DNA of 63,911 bases, the filler included, from Octopus bimaculoides (taxonomy: Eukaryota), in assembly GCF_001194135.2 (NCBI RefSeq). It is 6 parts of 6 records of this genome, joined end to end, with 100 filler letters (N's around TTAATTAATTAA, not from the genome) between each part and the next. Parts side by side here need not be neighbours in the genome. Positions count along the whole stretch, not along the records: positions 27,157 to 39,889 come from NC_068996.1; 5 more parts are not named here. One strand, 5' to 3'. Both the position numbers and the translations under genes were made by a program. A model generated the notes under the pieces. That model had not been told where the DNA came from. It ran no database searches and was given only the letters and a program-made list of their open reading frames with translations. Shown here piece by piece: positions 27,273-39,732 of the stretch. Numbering within the stretch: the first letter of the stretch is position 1; every line of letters begins with the position of its first letter.

Positions 27273-28671
27273 TGTCTTCCATAATTTCTTAAATATTGAC
27301 TTTGCGTTCTTGTAACATTACGTCGTGAAGTTAGTATTAATCAAAAACGTTCTTTCACCTGCGGACGTAGCTTAAATTCTGCATTATTTTGAAAGACTTT
27401 TTGCATTTTGCATTAATGTAGACATATAAGTAATTTATTCACGATTAAATATAATATAAACTGTTTTCATGTTTTTAAGTTATGAAACAAGTTGTCGTGA
27501 TATTAGAATTTTCTTGTTAAATAAATTTTCATCAAACTATTTCTGTCATTTATGACTTTATACACTCCTTGTAGTGTTTTTCTTGTATTGTACTATATAT
27601 TCTGTTTTGTAGAATAATACATTAAGGAGCATTTTTTATGAGTACTACCACATTACTTGAATCCATATGTGATGACTTAAATTTACACGCACACACCCAC
27701 ACACACAAAATAGATATATATGACTACAGATTTATAGATACATGTATACACACGCACACATACACACACATATATGCATACATACACACGCACACAAACA
27801 CACGCGCGCGCGCATATAAATATGTTTTTCTTTTGCAAGAATATTTGGTTTTATGGTATAATAAAAACAATTTTACATTAAACTCAATGATTTTGGTAGA
27901 GTTCAAATCTATTATTCTTTAACAAGATTAGAATTGACAGTGACTTCGAAATTTGGACTAACTAAGCCATCATAAGGCAGTCCGATGATGGCTTAAAAAA
28001 AAAAAAGGAGAATAAAGGGCAAAGAAGAAGAAAATAGACAGATGGAGAAAATGAGAGAAAAGGAGATGAAATAAGAACANNNNNNNNNNNNNNNNNNNNN
28101 NNNNNNNNNNNNNNNNNNNNNNNNNNNNNNNNNNNNNNNNNNNNNNNNNNNNNNNNNNNNNNNNNNNNNNNNNNNNNNNNNNNNNNNNNNNNNNNNNNNN
28201 NNNNNNNNNNNNNNNNNNNNNNNNNNNNNNNNNNNNNNNNNNNNNNNNNNNNNNNNNNNNNNNNNNNNNNNNNNNNNNNNNNNNNNNNNNNNNNNNNNNN
28301 NNNNNNNNNNNNNNNNNNNNNNNNNNNNNNNNNNNNNNNNNNNNNNNNNNNNNNNNNNNNNNNNNNNNNNNNNNNNNNNNNNNNNNNNNNNNNNNNNNNN
28401 NNNNNNNNNNNNNNNNNNNNNNNNNNNNNNNNNNNNNNNNNNNNNNNNNNNNNNNNNNNNNNNNNNNNNNNNNNNNNNNNNNNNNNNNNNNNNNNNNNNN
28501 NNNNNNNNNNNNNNNNNNNNNNNNNNNNNNNNNNNNNNNNNNNNNNNNNNNNNNNNNNNNNNNNNNNNNNNNNNNNNNNNNNNNNNNNNNNNNNNNNNNN
28601 NNNNNNNCGGTTTGCTTCGTGAAAAACAAGAAATAACTCTTATTAGAAATGAAAATATTCTCTCTTTACTC

Positions 28672-29068
28672 TTTTACTCTTTTACTTGTTTCAGGTATTT
28701 GACTGCGGCCACGCTGGAGCACCGCCTTTAGTCGAGCAAATCGACCCCAAGACTTATTCTTTGTCAGCCTAGTACTTATTCTATCGGTGTCTTTTGCCGA
28801 ACCGCTAAGTTACAGGAACGTAAACACACCACCATCGGTTGTCAAGCGATGATGGGGGGGGGGGACAAACACAGACACACAAACATATTCACACATACAT
28901 ACATATATATATATATACATATATACGACGGGCTTCTTTCAGCTACCAAATCCACTCATAAGGCTTTTGTCGGCCCGAGGCTATAGAAGTCACTTACCCA
29001 AGTGGGACTGAACCTGGAACCATGTGGTTGGTAAGCAAGCTACTTACCACACAACCATGCCTGCGCCT
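28672..29068 (-). mobile_element. SINE family A, full length with internal microsatellite
   Basis: (TTTTACTC)n tail, body, (CA)/(TA) tract, head ending …CCATGCCTGCGCC. Confidence 0.85.
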
Positions 29069-30273
29069 AGTGAAACAGTTTTATTTTTATTTAATAGCTA
29101 ACTAACCATCAACAGAAAAACATACAAGAACCATGAATCAGTGACTCAGCCTTTATGAGTCTGTTTGACCATTGAGAAATAACAACCAAACCTTCCTTAA
29201 ATTACACTTCGAATATTGGAGATGAAAGAACACGTTGGACAAAGTAGTCTTTGTTAAGCAGTGCCCACCAAAAAATAAATAAATAAAAGAAGGGGATTAA
29301 AAGCTTTTGGTCATAAGTCTACTCAGTCACAGTTTATCTTGGAGCACAACAGCAACAACAACAACAACAACAGCAGCAGCAGCAACCACAGCGGCAACAA
29401 CAACGATACTATCCCCACCACCACCACCGCTGTCATCACCATCATCATCTTCATCATTACCATCATCATAATCATCATCACTATCAATTTCAACTATAAC
29501 AACAAAGTACCAACAAGATAAAAATCTCTTACCAATTAGCTATTGATGTCTGAATTTCTCTTCAAAGGAATTCCGTTTTCCTTCGCCAATTAACGTACAA
29601 ACCTGAACACTTACTACGTGATACTTTCGTGACAACTTTGATAATTGAAGTGAAATCAGTGCATCGCTAGTGATACCATGAGTATATCGAAACGTGTCAG
29701 AGTTGTCTCCTGTATTTACTTGAAAACTGATTATAATATTTCCTATCTGTTTGTTAAATGCGACATCAGTAACCTTTCTATCACTGTTTAACTATATCAG
29801 CAAGTAGTTGATGTTTGTTTGATGTGAGGCGACGTGAATATTTGCTGCTGAAGAACCTAACAAGCAGAAATTTAGATACAATAATTTTATCCGCCAAAGT
29901 TGAATGATATTCGATTGTAGTTGATATTTTTATGTGGTGTTAACACTATATGCTTTCTCAAGATGAATACCGCAGTTTATAAGGCTTTCAACCTATATAC
30001 ACTTTCAGTACATAGACAAATCACTAATTACTCATTAACAAATCATAATTTGTTTTCCCTTATCGAATAATTTTATTTGTCAATATTTTACATTAAATAT
30101 GCAAACACAAATATAACCATTGGATTAGAACTGAATTCGTTTAAAAAACAAGGAAAGAACATTTTTTTTGTCGTTGTTCCGGAAGAATGGTATGAATCAG
30201 ATCATTTTTATGTACATGCAAACAAAAACTGAAAAAACATTAGATGCTCTAATGGGTAGTGATTTCTAACGCA

Positions 30274-30640
30274 GGCACAATGCTAGATGACTGTATGGTA
30301 AGAAGTTTGCTTTCCAGCCACATTCTCCTGGGTTCAGTCCCACTAAGCGGCATCTTGGGCAGGTGTCTTCAACTGTAGCCCCGGACCAACCAAAATCTTG
30401 TGATTGAATTTGGTAGATGGAAACTGAAAGAAGCCCCCGTATATATTTATATCTATACTTATATCTGTATATGTGTATATCAATATGTGTGTGACTCTGT
30501 ATTTGCTTTTGGTCCCCACGATCACTCAATGACCCCTTGACGACCGCTGTTGGTTTGTTCACGTCCTTGTAACTTAGGGTTCAGTAAACAAAAACCTATA
30601 GAATAAGTATCAAGCTTGCAAAAATAGTACTTTAAGGTGC
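30274..30640 (+). mobile_element. SINE family A, full length
   Basis: Head GCTAGATGACTGTATGGTAAGAAGTTTGCTTTCC…GAAACTGAAAGAAGCCC, a TA/TG tract, then a tail that is truncated by the (TATG)n array. Confidence 0.75.
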
Positions 30641-30734
30641 TGTGTATGTATGCATGCGTCCATACATGCACGTATGTATGTATGTATGTATGTATGTATG
30701 TATGTATGTATGTATGTATGTATGTATGTATGTC

Positions 30735-30850
30735 ATTATTCATTTTTATTTCAAGACTTCATACCAACAGAGAAAGAACCGGTTTCTAACCGAGATTCAA
30801 GGCTACTTCATTGAAATTTTTACATCAACAACAGGGTATTTTTGTTTGCT
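30735..30850 (-). mobile_element. Short 3'-UTR-like insert between (TATG)n arrays
   Basis: AGAGAAAGAACCGGTTTCTAACCGAGATTCAAGGCTACTTCATTG is shared with 32165-32258; on the minus strand AATAAA precedes (CATA)n. Confidence 0.55.
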
Positions 30851-30944
30851 TGTATGTACGTACGTACGTATTTATGTATGTATGTATGTATGTATGTATG
30901 TATGTATGTATGTATGTATGTATGTATGTTTGTATGTATGTATA

Positions 30945-32062
30945 CGTGCAGATTTGTATGTTTTATGAATGTATTTTAATGCATATAGTTGTATATCTAG
31001 ACATGCTCATATATATTTAAATGATAAACTTCTGGAAAGTCTTATACAGATTTTTACAGTTTCAATAATGGATTGGATCTGTAGTCTTCGAATTAGCATT
31101 CTCCTTTCTGGTTTTGAGAACCCTAATTTCTTAAGATTGGTATTTAGGCAGTGTGTTACATATCGCAGGGCCACAATAATTACAGGTATAAACCTGAACT
31201 CGTAATGTGGATATAGTAACTGCAGATTTCTCAGTAGTTCAGCATAGGTGTTCTCTTTTTCACTGATCTTCAGTTTTATGTTAACATCCACTGGGCAGCT
31301 AATTTCCACAACTGTAACACAGTTTCTCTTCTCTATCCCAAATCATTATATCAGGACTGTTGTACTTACATTTTATTGAGGTCTTCACTGGTACATTCTA
31401 CCAGTATTCCTTTTTACTATGAGTGGCTATAGCTTCTACCATATTGTAGGCTCTTATTTCTTTGTCCTCGGGATTATCCTTCCGACGGATTTCATTACAG
31501 ATTGTCCTAGCTACAACTTCGTGTCTTATCGGTAGATAAAACCGTGATGACATTTTCGGACAACTGCTTATGATGTGGGTGATATCTTCTGTGTGAACTC
31601 CACAAAGTCTGCATAGGTTGTCACATTATACGGCTTTTCCTGCATCTCTATCCCTTTCGTGCATCAGGTACTTGGTTGATATTTCCTGTTCCTGGATTGC
31701 AAACGCATACCCTTCAAAGTGGCGGGTAGTAGTCCGGCAATTGATAAACTGCTTTGATGATCGATGTTACTATCATCACGGAGCTTTCTTTTGACATGTT
31801 CATGCATAGTCTTCTGCTTATATAGGCTCATCTTTCATTGCGGCAGTGTAGTGCGACTTCTTTGGCCATGTATTCTAGGTTATCAGACAAAGAGTGTTGC
31901 TCAAGGAGCTGGCTTCCAAGTCTTANNNNNNNNNNNNNNNNNNNNNNNNNNNNNNNNNNNNNNNCACGTATGCAAACTTGGTCAAGGGATGCACTTCGAC
32001 ACTTGGTGGTTGAAAGATGGTGCAGAAGGGATATGATGCGACATTCAAAGGCATTTTCTATG
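30945..32062 (-). mobile_element. 5'-truncated R4/Dong-like retrotransposon (CCHC finger + RLE)
   Basis: IENAFECRIISLLHHL…; CRLCGVHTEDITHIISSCP (C-X2-C-X8-H-X4-C); SPDIMIWDREEKLC[frameshift]TVVEISCPVDVNIKLKISEKENTYAELL…FIPVIIVAL (ORF 31007-31309); (TATG)n on both sides. Confidence 0.85.
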
Positions 32063-32164
32063 TGTGTATGTATGTATGTATGTATATATGTATGTATGTC
32101 TGTATGTATGTCTGTATGAATGTATGTATGTATGTATGTACGTATGCATGTATGTATGTATGTT

Positions 32165-32258
32165 ATCAATCAGTTTCATTTCTGTATTTCTTGTCCATAG
32201 AGAAAGAGCCGGACTCTAACATAGATTCAAGGCTCCTTCATTGGAACTTTTATCAACA
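32165..32258 (-). mobile_element. Short 3'-UTR-like insert between (TATG)n arrays
   Basis: AGAGAAAGAGCCGGACTCTAACATAGATTCAAGGCTCCTTCATTGG, homologous to 30735-30850. Confidence 0.55.
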
Positions 32259-32329
32259 TGTATGTATGTATGTATGTATGTATGTATGTATGTATGTATG
32301 TACGTACGTACGTACGGATGTATTTGTTC

Positions 32330-32590
32330 TTCGCTCTGTCTTTTTCATTTTAGAATAAATTTTGACCGGCCTGTATTTGGTAGCAAGACTGTGAAAGAAA
32401 GTATCTTGTTTTAACCGTCATCCTTCAAATCTTAAGGTCTTGCAAAGATTTATAGTCCCAGATATCGTGACCATTAGTAGTGTGTGAATTAAATATTTGC
32501 TTTCTCTCCTCAAGGTTCCAAATCCCCAAGTTCAGTCATTCTTTGCTGCACACTAGTTGGTATGTATTATGTTGCTCCAATAATAATAGG
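32330..32590 (-). mobile_element. Second R4/Dong-like 3' end
   Basis: Minus strand reads PIIIGAT*YIPTSVQQRMTELG… and, after a frame change, ISGTINLCKTLRFEG*, then a short UTR and (CATA)n. Confidence 0.65.
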
Positions 32591-32680
32591 TCGTGTATAT
32601 ATTATATATAATAAAGGTGGTCATATATATATATATATATAAATGAATATACAAAAATACATACACACACATATATATGT

Positions 32681-33532
32681 GTCAAGACTATTGAAAAGGT
32701 TGCAAGACGCAACGAAAATTTTAGGAAAATAAAAATACTAAGTGGAAATTTTAACGGTGAGTGTGTTAAATTTTAAGGCACGAAAAGAAAATGACTCTCC
32801 CCAGACACAACAGAATATGCTTCAACACACGAAATCACATAAAGAATCTTGCAAACCAAATCCAAAAACGAAATATAATAAGCTTTGGCCGAGCTAACAA
32901 GACGCTGAGAAACACCGTGTTCTGCTGTCTAAAAATCAAGATAGCGATCCGACAGCTCCACTTCATTAAAACATGCATCTCATCCAAACTATACACAAAA
33001 TCCATCAATTCAGCTGCCAAGCGATTAGGACTTACAGAACACCAAAAAAGAAAACTTAAACATACGATGTTACAAAACATCAAAAAGAAAATATACACGG
33101 AAATCAACCAGTATCAGAAACGAGAGTCCTACTGCATGAACTCAAAACCACCACTACTCCATATGAAAGAGACAAATTCATGACAACCATCCGACAAGAA
33201 TACCACCGGGTTAACTATGCCTGTTACAAACACTTCAACAATAAACTGAAGTGGATGAAACAGCAACAACAACGAGCCCAGAATGGTAAGAATCAATACA
33301 GATACCCAAACAACATCGACGGGATTGTCATGTCAGAATGTAAACTACCAGAGGACTTTGACGCCAGGACACCGGAAGACAATACCACCACCACCAACAA
33401 CAACAACACCTCTGGAATATATGGTGCAGTACAATTAGATACAGATGAGATGCATGCTTTAAAATTACCACCAAAATTAGAGAGTCAAGACTATTGAAAA
33501 GGTTGCAAGACGCAACGAAAATTTTAGGAAAA
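32681..33532 (+). mobile_element. Penelope-like element, N-terminal coding region
   Basis: ORFs 32791-33183 (…RQLHFIKTCISSKLYTKSI…) and 33180-33497 (…VQLDTDEMHALKLPPK) resemble the PLE pre-RT region; bounded by an identical 49-bp direct repeat. Confidence 0.6.
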
Positions 33533-33639
33533 NNNNNNNNNNTATATATATCTGTAAACAAGTAAACAAGGACAAACCTATATAGAGGAAAGGTTAATTA
33601 CAGTTTCTTTGCCTCTTTGAGACACAAGATGCAGTTAAC

Positions 33640-33960
33640 ACTCCATTGAAATTTGCATGTTGATAACTAGGAATTTCAGAAATTAGTTTTCAAGACTTCA
33701 ATTTTACTTTAACCATTCAAACCAATCTATCTGCAGTAAATTTCCTAGACACAATGCAAAATCTAAGCACAGAAACACATTATCCTTTTAGAAAACAGGC
33801 CGATGTTCCACTATACACACAAACAAGCATTTCACCTAACTTCCTTTGATGTCAAAGGATCTAATCAAGAACATAATCCAGCTAATCTTAATATTATCCG
33901 ATAAAATAATATTCAGCCTCGCATCACTGAAGATGAACGGTTTCAAAGAAAAATTAGAAC
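33640..33960 (+). mobile_element. Penelope-like RT C-terminal relic
   Basis: FTLTIQTNLSAVNFLDT…NLSTETHYPFRKQADVPLYT, matching the PLE 'IxxETNxxxVNFLD…YxPYRKP' motif. Confidence 0.6.
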
Positions 33961-34089
33961 ACTTACCTAAATCCACTTAACCAAATAGAAAAGCAAAGAA
34001 AGCAACAAAAGAAATTTTACTTAATACAACCTAATTTAGAGCTGATTCAAATGCCATCTCTTCTATAACTGGAAGGTGTTCGATGTTTT

Positions 34090-34820
34090 CTATTGTTCTC
34101 ATGTCAGTGGATGATGGTCTATTCAAAAGTGCAGAAAAATATTCTCCCAGCGCTTATGAATAGAAGCAGTGTGAATCAGAAGCGGACGTCCATTTACTGT
34201 TCTCACTGGAGCTATTGTAGAAGATTTTGGCTATACGCCTCCTTAACATAAGAGTACAAGCCTTGGCATAATTTCTATCAGCTACTTCTTGTGCCCCTTT
34301 TGCTCTATCATTCCACCATTCCTGTTTAATTTTCCTTAGAGCAGTCTGCACTTTCCTTTTCAGTTTTCTGTAAGCTTCGTTTGAGTTGGGGTTCAAGGAC
34401 TGAGAAAGAAGTGTATTGCATAAGTTTTTTTTTTTTAAAGTAGATCATGAATTTCTGCTGATCTATCTGAGAACCATTCACTGGATTTATGAGATTTAAA
34501 ATCCCACTGACGAACTTGCAGCCTGAAATACTTTTGTTTTGAAATCTTCCCATAGATTGTATGGATCAAGATTGGTACTTTCTATTGCATCGTGGAATCT
34601 TTGCAAGTTGCTTGATAATTTAAACTCTGCAGCATTTAACTTTTTAGGTACCATAAGAGGAGCAGGCTGTCGATTTTTAGGCATTATTGAAAAATCTATT
34701 TCCCACGAACTAGATGATGGTCAGTCCAGCTCTCTGCCCCTTTCATGGCCCGAACGCTAGGAACGTCTTTCATATCACGTTTCCTGATTGGAATATAATC
34801 TATCAAATGCCAGTGCTTAG
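34090..34820 (-). mobile_element. RTE-clade LINE fragment (EN-RT linker)
   Basis: WEDFKTKVFQAASSSVGF; AYRKLKRKVQTALRKIKQEWWNDRAKGAQEVADRN. Confidence 0.7.
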
Positions 34821-35729
34821 NNNNNNNNNNNNNNNNNNNNNNNNNNNNNNNNNNNNNNNNNNNNNNNNNNNNNNNNNNNNNNNNNNNNNNNNNNNNNNNN
34901 NNNNNNNNNNNNNNNNNNNNNNNNNNNNNNNNNNNNNNNNNNNNNNNNNNNNNNNNNNNNNNNNNNNNNNNNNNNNNNNNNNNNNNNNNNNNNNNNNNNN
35001 NNNNNNNNNNNNNNNNNNNNNNNNNNNNNNNNNNNNNNNNNNNNNNNNNNNNNNNNNNNNNNNNNNNNNNNNNNNNNNNNNNNNNNNNNNNNNNNNNNNN
35101 NNNNNNNNNNNNNNNNNNNNNNNNNNNNNNNNNNNNNNNNNNNNNNNNNNNNNNNNNNNNNNNNNNNNNNNNNNNNNNNNNNNNNNNNNNNNNNNNNNNN
35201 NNNNNNNNNNNNNNNNNNNNNNNNNCTGAGATGCAACCGGATAAATTTAAATCTCTTTCATGGATATATAATTATGAACAGAAGTCATCGTACTGTGGTG
35301 GCTACATCGTGGTATGTTGATTCTTGTTTATTTTTATGTGTCTCGACCATACGTGTACTGATAAACAAAAGATGCAGATTACATCACAGTTTTTCTGTAT
35401 TTGATTGAGAAACCAGTGGTTTACCGTTAAGTTAAATGTTTTTAAGAGATAAATTTTGAAAGCTGCATTCCCTCGCTTTCAGTAAATATGTTGCTTATTT
35501 TTTGGTAGTTTTTGACTTATTTAGTCCCTCGAAGCGTGAGGCATTACTACACAGTTAATGCCCTTTATATAAATTATTTATATATATTTATGAAAAAATG
35601 ATGAATTTTTTTCATTATGAATTTTTTTTCATTATTTTTTTCATTATGAGGTTTTTTTCATGCTGACTACTTGATAAATTCTTATAAAGAATTTATCCTA
35701 TATTATATTATATATTTATATATATAGTT

Positions 35730-35860
35730 GAAATATATAGAGAGACAAAAGACGAAGACAGGTGTATGAAAAACAAGCAAGTGTATTGGTTTGACGCTCG
35801 GGAAAATGAAAAAGTCTTTTTCGTTTCGAGCCTATGCACGTCAACAGAAAGGAATAAGAG
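35730..35860 (-). mobile_element. Putative Penelope-type terminal repeat fragment
   Basis: Minus strand CCTTTCTGTTGACGTGCATAGGCTCGAAACGAAAAAG…GAGCGTCAAACCAATACACTTGCTTG; a deleted homolog lies at 14691-14765 (+). Confidence 0.45.
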
Positions 35861-36652
35861 GAAATAAGCATTTCAGCTGTCCAGCATGGCGAATGATTGG
35901 GAAAAAAGAGGTTGAAAGAAAGGGAGATTATATAAAAATGTTGAATGAAAGGTAGATAATAAAGTGCTAGTGATCCCAAGAGAAGGTGTACGTGCGTGTA
36001 TGTGTATGTGAGAATGGAGTATGTGAGTGTGTGTGTGTGAGTAGGGGCGAGTAACTCTGATGTGTGTATGTGCGTGTATAACGTGTGTGTGCGTGTGTGT
36101 TGTCTGCAGTAGCTGATGCGTGCTTTTTCACATGGTGTGTGCACATGTGTGTGTATGTGTGTATGTGTATGTGACCTAACTGTGCATGTGTATGGTGTAT
36201 ATAAGTGAGCAAAACATACATTGCATGTGTTAATGTATGTTGCATGTGTTAATGTATGTTGCATGTGTTGCATATGTAAGTATATAAAGCCTATGTTCAG
36301 GTATTATGTGCTTGTGTGGATGTGGGAGTGTGCATGATGATGTGTGGTGTGTGTACTGAGTTAAACAGTGTGTGTAGCTGCTCATATAATGGTATGTGCG
36401 GTGACGCTATTGAAGACTGTGTGTGGGTGTATGGTGATGGTGCGTGCTGAGACGTGATCAGTGCTAGTGTGTGTGGAGTGGTGTGGGCTGGTGTCAAATG
36501 AAAAACAATTGGATCTTACTCACAAGGTATTGGAATCTTATATGTATACCATTCTGCCTAAACAATGGATTTACACATGCAATATCCCTACATTCACTCT
36601 CTATTTCCTATCTTAACTAAACTAACTATTGCTTAACCATCCTCTCACACCG

Positions 36653-36699
36653 TCTCCGATGAAAGGATATAATAAATATCATGGAAACAGCTGTAAGAT
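36653..36699 (+). ncRNA. Degenerate minimal (PLE-type) hammerhead ribozyme motif
   Basis: TCT-CCGATGA-AAGGATAT(AATAA)ATATCATG-GAAAC-AGCT-GTA-AGA: stem I, core with one change from CUGAUGA, stem II, GAAA, minimal stem III with palindromic AGCT loop, GUA site. Confidence 0.5.
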
Positions 36700-37783
36700 A
36701 TTCTATTTATAAATGCTCTATATTATTCATAGCCTTGGTCTTTTTATCCCATTACTTAAAGTAAATCCTTATATTCACACGCTGATATTTGACCTACGTT
36801 GGACCCCTTATTCGCATAGCCACCGAACCTGGAGCTTAACTGTGGTCTATCCATAGCACTTATTCAACATTACCTGAAACCCTTGGGTCTAATTGACACC
36901 ACTATCGCTCATAACCNNNNNNNNNNNNNNNNNNNNNNNNNNNNNNNNNNNNNNNNNNNNNNNNNNNNNNNNNNNNNNNNNNNNNNNNNNNNNNNNNNNN
37001 NNNNNNNNNNNNNNNNNNNNNNNNNNNNNNNNNNNNNNNNNNNNNNNNNNNNNNNNNNNNNNNNNNNNNNNNNNNNNNNNNNNNNNNNNNNNNNNNNNNN
37101 NNNNNNNNNNNNNNNNNNNNNNNNNNNNNNNNNNNNNNNNNNNNNNNNNNNNNNNNNNNNNNNNNNNNNNNNNNNNNNNNNNNNNNNNNNNNNNNNNNNN
37201 NNNNNNNNNNNNNNNNNNNNNNNNNNNNNNNNNNNNNNNNNNNNNNNNNNNNNNNNNNNNNNNNNNNNNNNNNNNNNNNNNNNNNNNNNNNNNNNNNNNN
37301 NNNNNNNNNNNNNNNNNNNNNNNNNNNNNNNNNNNNNNNNNNNNNNNNNNNNNNNNNNNNNNNNNNNNNNNNNNNNNNNNNNNNNNNNNNNNNNNNNNNN
37401 NNNNNNNNNNNNNNNNNNNNNNNNNNNNNNNNNNNNNNNNNNNNNNNNNNNNNNNNNNNNNNNNNNNNNNNNNNNNNNNNNNNNNNNNNNNNNNNNNNNN
37501 NNNNNNNNNNNNNNNNNNNNNNNNNNNNNNNNNNNNNNNNNNNNNNNNNNNNNNNNNNNNNNNNNNNNNNNNNNNNNNNNNNNNNNNNNNNNNNNNNNNN
37601 NNNNNNNNNNNNNNNNNNNNNNNNNNNNNNNNNNNNNNNNNNNNNNNNNNNNNNNNNNNNNNNNNNNNNNNNNNNNNNNNNNNNNNNNNNNNNNNNNNNN
37701 NNNNNNNNNNNNNNNNNNNNNNNNNNNNNNNNNNNNNNNNNNNNNNNNNNNNNNNNNNNNNNNNNNNNNNNNNNNNNNNNNNN

Positions 37784-37818
<35 letters not shown>

Positions 37819-39732
37819 TATTTACACATATATATATATACATATTTATACATATATATAAATACATACACACACACACACAAACACACACACATATTCG
37901 TTCTTGGACTCCCCAACCTCGCCCGTACTTCTTTGCCCTTCCTGTTCGTGCTTCACAGCGTTCAATACTAACACATTTCACGTCTGGCCTTTTTGTTTGT
38001 TTATTCACCGTTTCGTTTTCCTGTCTTGTTTTCCGTCCGCCACTATCTCCCACGACAAAAACTTAATTTGTGTTCGTGGGAAGAACCATTTCAACGATGG
38101 GTACTGCCTTAATTCTTCGAAACGCCGGTGTTTTAATAGTGGCAGCTGATGAAGGAGATGTTTCTATGTGGCTTGCTTGTTTGTTGTACCTTGTTTATCA
38201 TTCTGTCCGTGTTCTTTTGCCACGTCATGTACCCAAATATGTATCTATATGTACATGTAGATGAAGGTATGTACATACATATACATATATATGCATATAC
38301 TCATATATTGTTTTTATATATATATACATATATATACACATATATATACATATATTTACGTATATATATATATTTATACATCCAGCCATACATACATACA
38401 TACATACATACATACATACATACNNNNNNNNNNNNNNNNNNNNNNNNNNNNNNNNNNNNNNNNNNNNNNNNNNNNNNNNNNNNNNNNNNNNNNNNNNNNN
38501 NNNNNNNNNNNNNNNNNNNNNNNNNNNNNNNNNNNNNNNNNNNNNNNNNNNNNNNNNNNNNNNNNNNNNNNNNNNNNNNNNNNNNNNNNNNNNNNNNNNN
38601 NNNNNNNNNNNNNNNNNNNNNNNNNNNNNNNNNNNNNNNNNNNNNNNNNNNNNNNNNNNNNNNNNNNNNNNNNNNNNNNNNNNNNNNNNNNNNNNNNNNN
38701 NNNNNNNNNNNNNNNNNNNNNNNNNNNNNNNNNNNNNNNNNNNNNNNNNNNNNNNNNNNNNNNNNNNNNNNNNNNNNNNNNNNNNNNNNNNNNNNNNNNN
38801 NNNNNNNNNNNNNNNNNNNNNNNNNNNNNNNNNNNNNNNNNNNNNNNNNNNNNNNNNNNNNNNNNNNNNNNNNNNNNNNNNNNNNNNNNNNNNNNNNNNN
38901 NNNNNNNNNNNNNNNNNNNNNNNNNNNNNNNNNNNNNNNNNNNNNNNNNNNNNNNNNNNNNNNNNNNNNNNNNNNNNNNNNNNNNNNNNNNNNNNNNNNN
39001 NNNNNNNNNNNNNNNNNNNNNNNNNNNNNNNNNNNNNNNNNNNNNNNNNNNNNNNNNNNNNNNNNNNNNNNNNNNNNNNNNNNNNNNNNNNNNNNNNNNN
39101 NNNNNNNNNNNNNNNNNNNNNNNNNNNNNNNNNNNNNNNNNNNNNNNNNNNNNNNNNNNNNNNNNATTTGAAAACCAAAATATAAAATATTGTCTATGCG
39201 TAACAATACATCAAATATATATATCAGTAGAAACCGTTACTAGCATCCAATATAGTATACAAATTTAATTGCCTTCAGGGAAGTTGCAAACCGTATGATA
39301 ATGTATCTTATTTACTTAAGTTATCACAAAATAACATTAAGTGCATTTTAATTAATCCAATTGTATAAAAACAACAACAACAATAACGGTAGCTGCAGCA
39401 GCAGCAGGAGCAGCAGCACCATCGTCATCAACAACAACAACAACAACTACAACAACAACATCAACAGCCATAACAACAAAATAAACCACGGCAGAAGAAT
39501 AATACTAATTAGGAAATTTGAAAGATTTTTATATCTCTAGAAGCGAAATTTTTTTGTCATACGATATACCGTTGCATATTTGCAAATTTCAGCTTCGCAC
39601 TTTCTCTCTCCCTTCCGCTGCATACATACATTCGTACATAAATACATACATACATACATACATACATACACACATACATACACACATAGTTGCATACACA
39701 TACATATGTTTTTGTATGAATATAAATATATA

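Noticed and set aside
29631-29707. Another hammerhead-like motif (GACAACT…GAAACGTGTCAGAGTTGTC)
   Set aside because: The stem I-like pairing and GAAAC…GTC are present, but no recognisable CUGANGA core and no clean stem II.
38115-38160. CGAAAC…CTGATGA arrangement
   Set aside because: The stems needed for a type II or type III hammerhead do not pair convincingly.
36883-39268. 300-400-aa ORFs made mostly of X (also 14545, 17123, 47398, 58878 and others)
   Set aside because: They stay open only because they cross N gaps.
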